Assembly: GCF_006345805.1 (NCBI RefSeq)
Contig: NC_042997.1
Span: 48,856,001 to 48,920,000 of the forward strand
Reading direction: 5' to 3'
From: Octopus sinensis
Lineage: Eukaryota
Length of the DNA: 64,000 nt
Part shown: positions 54,164-64,000 of the stretch, piece by piece
Position numbering within the stretch: position 1 is the first letter of the stretch
Layout of the letters: each line of letters begins with the position of its first letter
The notes under the pieces: generated by a model
Database searches by the model: none
What the model saw: the letters and a program-made list of their open reading frames with translations, nothing else
What the model was told of the DNA's origin: nothing
Made by a program: the position numbers and the translations under genes

Positions 54164-56290
54164 ACACTCACACATACACATACACTTGAAATAACTTTAG
54201 ATTAAGATAATTTTATTATAATATTAATAATGTATATACAACGGTGGAACAATGTTGTAAAGTTTTAGCTCAAAGAAATGTCTCAAAAATACTTGTGTCA
54301 TAAAAAGCACAGATACCGAAATTGAAGTCGAAACACGGTGTCCAACAATCCGCTAAAGACATCTTTGTGTGAGTTCTGTGTTTTTCAACACGCAAGTTTC
54401 ATCGAGAAGTTTGTCATAGAGGAAATATTACAGCAGGCACAGTTCCACGTTTCTATATTCTATATAAATATTATACACTTAATTTAATGTACTGATATGT
54501 ATGTGCATGAGAGAGAGAGTGTGTGTGTGCGTGTGTATGTGTGTGTGCTGGCGCGTGTGTGTGTATTTGGAAGAGTGAGAGAGGTGCATAGTTTATTTTC
54601 AATAAAGCATGAATTATCAACAACTTTGACTTATGAACTACAGCTTATCTAATTACAAACTAAAATGTTATATGTAATTACGAGACTGTTTTCTCCTATC
54701 TTATTTCAACTTTGCTGTAGAAAAGGTCAATACGAACAATTTACTTGATTAACATATCACAATGTATTATCAGGTTAAATAGTTTATCACCACATATTGA
54801 ATTTAGATGTTAGATTCTTTGTTACGTTTTTAGTGAAAAGCTTCATGTATGTACTTATTAACGAAACATGATTTTGAATATTTCATTTTAAAATCTTCCT
54901 AAATAGCTGACGACTGAATTAAGAGGTAGGACTGCAGGAATCGACTTACAGCATTCAGCTAAGTTTCTTTTAGTTCAGGTTTTGAATGACGCTGGACTCA
55001 GTGTGACCCTTGGTGTTTCTCTAGGTTTATAACATAAGCATTATTCAAGGACTGTGAATCAATTTATTCGATCAGAGCCGATGGACGGACCTGTTAAGAT
55101 GGAATAATGCCATTTATAAATCCAGCTCAGAAGTTGAGACTCTGTTGCTTTCTGGAAGAACTACAACATCTAGGCAGAAAATCATTACAATGATTATATT
55201 CTTGCTCATCTAATATTTTAAAGTAAATTTTTTCAATTAATCTGTTTATTATCTACACTTCTAATTCACAGTTTAAAATAATTGCAATTATCATTTAAAA
55301 AAGAAATCCGAAGAAAATTTCGTTAAAAGGATTTTAATTTAAAAAACAGTTCACAAGAGTTTCTTCCATAACTAAGCATCGTTTCCGTTTTGTTAGAGTT
55401 TTGTCATGAATAGCTAAACTTTATGAAATAATAAGTTTGGATGTATATATGCGGTAGGACTATAGATATAGAAAAATATTTAATAGACATAACTTAAGGG
55501 TTTCATTGAACTGCAGACCTAAAGGAAAAAGATTAGTTGTTACCACTAAACTGCACACAGAAGTTGGATTTCCTGTAGTGAATGCCCAGTGGATGGCAAA
55601 TGGATAAATGCAACAGAGAACCCGCGGTTTACGAACCAGAAGTGTCACAACCAACATCAACTACCGTTACCCCGATGTACATAAATACATCAGGATGACG
55701 GTAATTCATTTTAAGGCCAGACTAAATAGTCACATATCCTCTTTTCGGATCCAGGAAGTGTTTATGTTAGAACTTTAACACTGTACGACATCAAGATTGC
55801 TGGAAAGTTCTAGGCCGTATGTTGCTGGAATTGTCTAGGTTGTATGTTAATTGAAGACGCAGAGTCTGGTAGTAAGAAGAATCATTCTAAAAATATTCAC
55901 ATAATCTGTGCGCTTTCTTTAACCCGATAAGTGAAATTGTTGGGTGCCGTCCTCATAAGAGCAAATTTGTCTTAGTGGCATGGTCATACCCGTTTTTGAA
56001 AAGGGGAGCGATACATATAAACAACTTACACGATCTTCTGACAGCTAACATCAAACCTTGTGAAATAACACTTCTGTGTTTTTAGAAAAGCAATATTTTT
56101 CACTGTTTCGTTCCACCTTTTTGTCACCACTAAGTCTGCATAAAGTGATGAACCGCCAGTATAAAAGGGGATGTGCTTTCAACAGCTAAGTCAGAAGTAT
56201 AGTTAATATTATCTAGGAGTAACATTCAGCCCGAAACCGGCGTAACATTTTAACCATTTATATGCTATAACCAGAAATGTATTACATAAA

Positions 56291-56670
56291 GGCACAGGAG
56301 TGGTTGTGTGGTAAGAAGCTTGCTTCCCAAACATATGCTTCCGGGTTTAGTCCCACTGCGAGGAACCATGTGCGAGTGTCTTCCATAGTCTTGACCAAGA
56401 CTTTGTGAGTGGATTTGGTCGACGATAATTGAAAGAAGCCCGTCGTATATATATTTATATGTGTGTCTATGTTTGTCCTCAGTCACCACTTGACAACCGA
56501 TGTGGGTGTGTTTACGTCCCCGTGACTTAGCGGTTCGGCAAAAGATATCGATAGAATAAGTACCAGGATTAAAAAATAAATACTAGGGTCGATTCATTCG
56601 ACTAAAAATTCAAGACTGTGTCCCAGCATCGCGGCAGTCTAATGACTGAAACAGGTAAAAGATAAAAGAT
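56291..56670 (+). mobile_element. CORE-like SINE (family C), full length
   Basis: GGCACAGGAGTGGTTGTGTGGTAAG head, short internal (TA)n, family C tail. Confidence 0.85.
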
Positions 56671-57104
56671 ATATATATATATGTGTGTGTGGCTGTTTGT
56701 GTGTGCGCGGGGGGTGTATAGTTACATGGTGTACTGTTACCTTTTATAAGGTCATAATATTCGTGCGCATTAACCCCTAGTGACTCACGGATCCATTTGC
56801 TTGACGTACACAAACAGATACAAATATAATACATAACATGATATTGATCATAAGCCTTAAGCCATGCTTTAGTATGGTTAGAATTTACAAGTATTCGAAT
56901 CTGCTAAAGGATTAAATAAATTTATAAACTACTTGCACATTGTACACGAAGTATGTCTGTATGTGTATGGCTATGCAATTATGTAAGCACATCTCTGACG
57001 AAGCGACTTATATATGAATTCGTTGATATTTTCCTTGAGTTTTGAAAATATTTCTTTTCCTTAGAGTCATATTGTTTGGGCACAATCATAAAACAAAATA
57101 CTGT

Positions 57105-57377
57105 ACACACACACACACAACACACACACACACACACACACATACATACATACATACATACATACATACATACATACATACATACATACATAACATACAT
57201 ACATACATACATAATACATACATACACATACATACATACACACACACATACATACATACATACATACATACACACACACATACATACATACATACATAAC
57301 ATACATACATACATACATACATACATACATACATACATACATACATACATACATACATAAATACATACATACATATA
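57105..57377. repeat. (CA)n/(CATA)n microsatellite
   Basis: Seen directly. Confidence 0.95.
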
Positions 57378-58015
57378 TCAGACCAAATATTTGGTCGCAG
57401 AATAATCCAAAACATGGGTAATTTAAAATTTGCTCGAAACACAAACAACGAAATAAAGATTGGACAGCTAGGTTTTATCAAAATATATTCATAACAATGA
57501 AAATGTTTATAACATTACAGAATATGTTCAAATTCTGTAGCATGTTTTGTACAATTTCCATAATTTATAATAATTTTCGGAATTTACAATGAAAAATATT
57601 GTAACCGCACATAGAATAATTTCATTTACTTCTTTGTTTTATGATATTTTGCAGTTTCCCTTGCCTGCGAATTTTGCATAACCAATATTATGTAAAAGTC
57701 TTGAAATATTTCGTTGTAGAATCTCTATATCAAACGAAACTGAAGAATAGCTTACACATCCCAGTAGATTTCATACTTTTTACCGTTTCATGTGAGTCTT
57801 TGACAAAAGAATTTATGATCTGCAAGGAAAAGCTGACTAGTTTTGTTTCTTTAAGATGTGTTATGACACATTCACCGGAAGAGTTATTCTGTAGGCTTTG
57901 AATTCATTGTTGCTGTTGGTGCTCCGCCTTTGTCAAAATTGCAATACACAACTGAACAAGAAACTTTGTATCCACACACGTATCAGCTTCTCAAACGGAG
58001 ACAGCAAAACACTTT

Positions 58016-58069
<54 letters not shown>

Positions 58070-58192
58070 GCGGCGTACGTACAGCTTCCTCTTATATGTA
58101 TGTAAGCATTCCACTATATATATATCAGAACATTTCGTTTTGGGATTTGGTTTGCAAGATTCTTTATATGAGTTCGTGTGTTGAAGCATATT

Positions 58193-58411
58193 CTGTTGTG
58201 TCTGGGGAGAGTCATTTTCTTTTTGTGCCTTATAATGTAACACACTCACCGGTAAAATATCCACTTATTTCTTTTTATCTTCCTAAAATTTTTTCGCTGC
58301 GTCTTGCAACCTTTTCAGGAAAGTAAAAATAAGACATAAGTGGAAATTTTACCGGTGAGTGTGTTACATTATAAGGCACACAAAGAAAATGACTCTCCCC
58401 AGACACAACAG
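58193..58411. mobile_element. Foldback/MITE with ~75-bp near-perfect inverted arms
   Basis: 58193-58268 is the reverse complement of 58336-58411 with few mismatches. TA follows the right end. Confidence 0.85.
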
Positions 58412-58417
58412 TATAAG

Positions 58418-58808
58418 AACATTATTATTCATAAAATAACAACTTTAGTGGCGGCAAGCATAAAAGCCGTATAGGCAAAATTAATAAATATATATAACAT
58501 ATAGAAAGTACAAAGTGAGATAACATATAGAAATATATTTATATATAATAGGGCACTAATAACCGCTCCGAAAATACAGAAGAATTATTAATTTTTACAG
58601 ACATGATAGGAAAAAAATTGAAAAAAAGTGAATAAGAATTGTGTCTTACTTTTTCAAAGGTTGCAGAAAGAATGTCAGCTGCTTATTAGTAACCTATAAA
58701 ATATAAAAATATATATAAAATATATATTTCATATACATTTATTAATTTGGCCTATACGGTTTTTATGCTTGCAGCCACTAACATTATTTTTATGAATAAC
58801 AATATCCT
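58418..58808. mobile_element. MITE-like element with ~70-bp imperfect TIRs
   Basis: TTAGTGGCGGCAAGCATAAAAGCCGTATAGGCAAAATTAATAAAT is mirrored at about 58735-58785. An inverted copy of the interior lies at about 58975-59150. Confidence 0.7.
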
Positions 58809-59154
58809 TTTATACATATTTATATAATTCACATAGTTCGTTTGTTTCAATGATGCTTGGGCACTCAAACGAACACAGGCATAATAGTAATCAATCTTAG
58901 TAATTGTGGTGAAAGTAGATCTGACTAAAAAGAATCGAGTGCCTTTGGCGCTAAATTCGAAATCATGATATCAGATTAACCGACATTCCTTCTACAACCT
59001 TTGCGGAGGTAAAACACAATTCTTATTCACTTAATTTTTTTCCTATCATTGCCTGTATAAATTTAATGATTCTTTTGTGGCGTCGGAGTGTTTTGACTCC
59101 TATCTTTAGCAATGCAGATGCTTATTAGTACTCTCTATTATGTATAAATATAAG

Positions 59155-59197
<43 letters not shown>

Positions 59198-59204
<7 letters not shown>

Positions 59205-59402
59205 ATCACGTGACCGACCAGACCATCAGATGTTGCTACACATCGCTGGTCACAATGCGTTTGTTTTAGCCTTCGAACGACGCCACCCCGCTGGCTAAGC
59301 GAGCAGGCCAACAGAAGAAAGAGTGGGAGAAAGAGTGGTGAAAGAGTACAGCCGGAGCCTCGTGGAGCTATTTTAGGTGTTTTTCGCTCAATAAAAACAC
59401 AC
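59198..59402 (-). mobile_element. Head-less copy of SINE family T, tail X
   Basis: Matches about 279-505. Ends in a tandem TCACGTGA tail. Confidence 0.85.
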
Positions 59403-59479
59403 AACATACACACACTCGCACACATTATACACAGTATATAATATGGAGGAAATTCCTATTACCCAATAATATGAATATT

Positions 59480-59695
59480 CCTCTCTACTAAAGGCACAAA
59501 GCCTGAAATTTTTGTGGAAGGGGACTAGTCGATTACATCGACCCCAGTGAAACACTGGTACTTAATTTATCGACCCCGAAAGGTTGAAAGACAAAGTCGA
59601 CTTCGGCGGAATTTGAACCGAGGAAATAAAGCCGGACGAAATGCCGCTAAGCATTTTTCCCGGCGCGCTAACCATTCTGCCAGTTCGTTGCCTTA
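59480..59695 (-). mobile_element. SINE family M monomer, tail B
   Basis: Head, core and a CTACTAAAGGCACAAAGCC tail. Confidence 0.8.
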
Positions 59696-59724
59696 CTCAG
59701 TAATAATAATGGTAATCATGATTT

Positions 59725-60800
59725 CATTTATTTGTGTCCGAGGCGGATGAGGGGAAACAATAAGAAGACAGACACGAAGCGTGAGAATTTACACATAATG
59801 AAATGATAAAATAATTTTTAAAATGTAAGTATACACGGTATCCAATGGAAAGAAATGGAAATATACATAGTATACAAAATTTAAAAGGCGGGAATGGTCT
59901 CTAGAGATAATCGAGGAACCCCACTATCTGAGATCTCTCTGAACATCAAGACCAAGTGCCCCTTCCAATTCTCTCTCTCCGACTCACAGGTCTACACTCA
60001 GAGGTACTATCCACTCTTGCCATTTTAACTTTCGCCCACCTTTCAGTAAACTCACTCGAGGACAGCACTTCCCTCTCTACCCTCAATTTCGTTTTCAAGT
60101 GAAACTGAAAAAGTCAATGAGACGAAATTATCTGTCCTCATCCCTTTCAGCCTCGTCCACCATAAACCTCTTTCGCCACAGCCACCTGGCAAAGGAAAAC
60201 TGTTTTACCTGTCCGATTACTGGGTGATGGCAGGACAATCATCACTATGAACTCGGCCGACATAACCCCACAAGTCAGCAACGCCCGGATATTGAACGAG
60301 TGCGTGCAGAACGGTTTCGTCACTTTGTGTGCATCTCGCACAAGCTCATCTGACAGCACATCCGTGCCTGCAGAGTTTATCTGAAACAGGTGGCGCCCCA
60401 TCCCACCCCCATAAGCACTGTCAGGCTAAGGACATCTAGAAATTATCCATGATAGTTTCCGACCAGAAGCGTACTGGCAACAGATTGACCACCTAATCAT
60501 AGGGACGCGTCCCTTCCACAAGAATTTAAATAAAAGACGTTCCAATCTGGTCAAGTAGTAACCGAGACAACGCACGACAATCTATAAATGATAACAGAGA
60601 CGATGTAGACATTCGCCACCTCTGCCCGACCTTTCAGGGACAACTTCTTCTCAGCCTATTTTTGGGTAAGACTGGCCATCCTGTTCGTCACCTCGTCCCG
60701 ATCCTTATCAATTTGGAGGTCGGAACTAAACCAGACGCCGAACAGTTTAACTGGTCCGTCGATCCAGCGTCCGATGACCCACCCGATGGCATCGATCTGC
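59725..60800 (-). mobile_element. L1/Tx1-like LINE 3' fragment (end of RT, C-terminal knuckle region, 3' UTR)
   Basis: Manual translation gives GPVKLFGVWF, KKLSLKGRAEVANVYI, FKFLWKGRVP and RCTQSDETVLHALVQ. The 3' end has CAAATAAATG. Confidence 0.8.
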
Positions 60801-61772
60801 AATAATGATTTCTTAATAATAACAATTTTTGTGCTATAGGCACAAGGGTTCCTGAGAGATGGTTTAGTGGATTACAACTACTCCAGTGCTCAACAGGTAC
60901 TTATTTTATCGACCCCGATAAGATGAAATATAAAGTCGAGCTCAGCGGAAGTTGAGTGTAAATGATGGCCAAAATGCCTTTCGGTACATTGTCCGGTGTG
61001 CTACTGAGTCTGCTAGTTCATCGCCTCAGTAATAATGATAATAATTTCAAATTCAGGTACGGGGCCATCAGTTTTTGAGGTGAAAGATTAAGTCGATTAC
61101 ATCGACCCCATTTTTTTGTTTTTCTGCTACTTATTTCATCGAACCCGAAGGTTGAAAGGCAAAGTCATCCTTAGAAGTTTTTAAATTCAGAACAAAAGGA
61201 CAATCGAAATGCCGCTAAGCATTTTGTCCGGCACCGTTACCGTTCTACCCTTTCGTCATCTTCATCATCCTCATCATCATCATCATCAGCAGCAGCAGCA
61301 GCAGCAGAAGAAGAAGAAGAAGAGAAGAAGAAGAAGAAGAAGAAGAAGAAGAAGAAGAATGAAAGGCAATTTTGACCTCAGTCATATTTAAACATCGTAC
61401 GCACATTGCCGGTAAGAAAATATATGCTTCGACTTAAGACAGCATTGCTTTTATCTGGATATACAGTATCCAAGAGATAAGTATTGATATCGTCAAAAGT
61501 AATACAATTTGAGATCTTAACACCGATGATGGAAACGAGAAATGCACCAATATAGTAGCATATAGTGAAGCTTACGTTATTATATAGAAATCTGTTTTTC
61601 ATAAATATGCGTAAACATTTTATTATTTTTCATTCCATATGCAGAAATAAGCCGCCATAAATGAGAGCGGCTGCGATTGTTTCACTTGACAATGTTGTCA
61701 GGCACGTCAGTTATCACGACATATATAAAAGTTTTCAAACTCAATTACTTTCGTCACCTTCATCATCCTCAT

Positions 61773-61809
<37 letters not shown>

Positions 61810-61814
<5 letters not shown>

Positions 61815-61980
61815 AAGAAGAAGAAGAAGAAGAAGAAGAAGAAGAAAAAGAAGAAGAAAAAGAAAAAGAAGAAGAAAAAGAAAAAGAAGAAGAAAAAGAA
61901 AAAGAAAAAGAAGAAGAAGAAGAAGAAGAAGAAGAAGAAGAAGAAGAAGAAGAAGAGAAGAAGAAGAAGAAGAAGAAGAA
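61810..61980. repeat. (GAA)n/(GAAAAA) purine tract preceded by (CAT)n(CAG)n
   Basis: Seen directly. Confidence 0.95.
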
Positions 61981-62545
61981 ACCAGATATTTTGATGTGGT
62001 GTGAAAGAAAGAAAGTTGTAAATATAGTCGAGCTAACGGTTCCTCATGAAGATAATATGGACGCCGCTCGGGCTCGAAAATTGAACAGTTATGAAAACCT
62101 CCTCGAGAAATGTGAAGACGCAGGCTGGAAAGCGGAACATTTTCCTATCGAAGTCGGTTGTAGAGGGTTTGTTGGACACAGCGTGAGACGACTGTTGTTA
62201 TCGCTAGGCCTAACTCATCGTAAAGTCAATACCACCATGACTGATATCCAATCTACAGTGGAGAAGGCTAGCCACTGGATTTGGTTAAAAAGAGACGATG
62301 AGCGATGGCTAGAAGAATATTGATTTCTCCATAACCAGCTGATCTAGCAAGCGGGGCCTCATATCAGTGAGGGGGGCCGGTGCGCATTGATGCCGTCGAG
62401 AGGTAGGCCCCGAAACGGCGCGCATTCTCTCCTGATGACCCCATACACTTGCTAGCTTCCGGTATACGGAGCTTTTAACTGGTAGCACTTGCATGTGTAA
62501 GTTGTTTGCAAGACATCTAATTATACCTAATTAAGTAATATAACT
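61978..62545 (+). mobile_element. 5'-truncated HERO/NeSL-like RLE LINE: uninterrupted endonuclease C-terminus plus structured 3' UTR
   Basis: KPDILMW...IVELTVPHEDN...RKLNSYENL...GWKAEHFPIEVGCRGF...EKASHWIWLKR* (stop ends at 62323). ELTVP and EVGCRGF are typical of HERO-type RLE. No stops in about 113 codons. Confidence 0.8.
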
Positions 62546-62961
62546 TTCTCGGCACATTCCTGTCTGGTAACCAATCACTGATATCTGTGTGTATATGTGG
62601 GTGTGCTTTGTATATATATATATATATATATATATATGTGAGTGTGTGTATGTGTGTGTGTGCGTGTGTGCATGTGCTTATCTGTGTGTGTTTATATACG
62701 TATACATATAGACGTGCATATATAACTTTATTTCCCTGCATTTGACTCCATGTCTCCATATCTGACAGTTCTATATTCGTCTCAGCTCATTCCTGTTGCT
62801 TATCGCAGAACGAAATTCCTACACAACAACAATTTACATTTTTCATTGCTCCTTCTACACATCTCACTTCTTAAACAACGGCTTTCTTTTTTTCCATTTA
62901 TACGGCATTTTATTTTACTTCCTCATATATCTGTGTTGTGTGAGAGCATTTATATATATAT

Positions 62962-63008
<47 letters not shown>

Positions 63009-63534
63009 ACTATATGCACATATATATATATAATTTTTTGTTTCATTACTTTATCTTACAATTTTTTTATTGCTATTCATTTCTTATGAAGAGAATTCAT
63101 CATTATTATATTCAGTTTTTTTTTTGTATTCTTTTATTCGTCCTCTTTTTTTCTTCTTTTCACCGTTTCCAGTTAACATTTTAATCAAATTTGAATTTAT
63201 CCTAAACTCACGTTGCTTTCAATTTGAGCAATAAAACTGAAAGCAGAAAAGAAAAGCAAAAGGAATAAAAAAAGTATTAATGATGGTTATCCTCAGGTTA
63301 TTTTGTTTTGTTTTCTTATCCTGCTTCATTTTTTGTTTTGTTTTTATTTCTTTTTTTTAACTTAAGATGGATAAAGCATCATCTCTTTTTCGCCAGAAAA
63401 ACACATAAATTATGTTAAATATGCGTCTAAAATGTACGATTTATGTCTTGAAACTTATATACCTCTCTTGCTGTATGAATGCGCATGTAGGCTTGTGTTT
63501 ATTTATTTTCTTTGTTTGTACAAAGATGCATATA

Positions 63535-63538
63535 GATT

Positions 63539-63582
<44 letters not shown>

Positions 63583-63618
63583 TATTAGATAGATAGATAG
63601 ATAGATAGACGGACAGAT

Positions 63619-63664
<46 letters not shown>

Positions 63665-63667
63665 TAT

Positions 63668-63743
<76 letters not shown>

Positions 63744-63768
63744 CAAACAGACAGACAGACAGGCAGAT

Positions 63769-63848
<80 letters not shown>

Positions 63849-63873
63849 CAAACAGACAGACAGACAGGCAGAT

Positions 63874-63957
<84 letters not shown>

Positions 63958-64000
63958 CAGGCAGATTAGATAGATATATAGATAGATTGACAGATAGATA
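63535..64000. repeat. Compound (GATA)n/(GACA)n array running off the window end
   Basis: Seen directly. Confidence 0.95.

Noticed and set aside
55662-55703. 18-bp-arm hairpin, with a nearby short direct repeat at about 55795-55850
   Set aside because: Too short to assign. Possibly a MITE or LTR relic, but no termini or TSD were identified.

Overview
AT-rich, microsatellite-dense eukaryotic DNA, probably intronic or intergenic. The repeat families (tRNA-headed SINEs, AAT-associated RLE LINEs) look like those of Octopus. That is inference from recognised repeat families, not a database result. I cannot support any host protein-coding gene. Most ORFs in the track are translated simple repeats, and the rest are transposon remnants. 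Recognisable elements: a Helitron RepHel fossil split by about 4 kb of younger insertions (about 2030-7110, minus strand); an internally deleted Penelope-like element with a GIY-YIG remnant; two mariner elements (a decayed full-length copy and a 790-bp derivative built from two left ends); several R4/Dong-like RLE LINE fragments whose 3' ends abut (AAT)n; a HERO-like RLE LINE 3' end; an L1/Tx1-like fragment; a decayed hAT transposase; non-autonomous Helitrons; MITE-like inverted repeats; and at least five SINE-like families. The most notable signals are RNA-level or architectural. (1) A tRNA-headed SINE-like element carries a complete minimal Penelope-type hammerhead ribozyme motif in its tail (46317-46629). 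(2) The HERO-like 3' UTR holds hammerhead catalytic strands in a permuted order (62392-62442). (3) A ~560-bp non-coding retroposon clusters with Dong-like LINEs in (AAT)n tracts. (4) SINE dimers and trimers have stereotyped junctions, and two are bounded by target-site duplications. Coordinates were counted by hand, and the ends of decayed elements are approximate.
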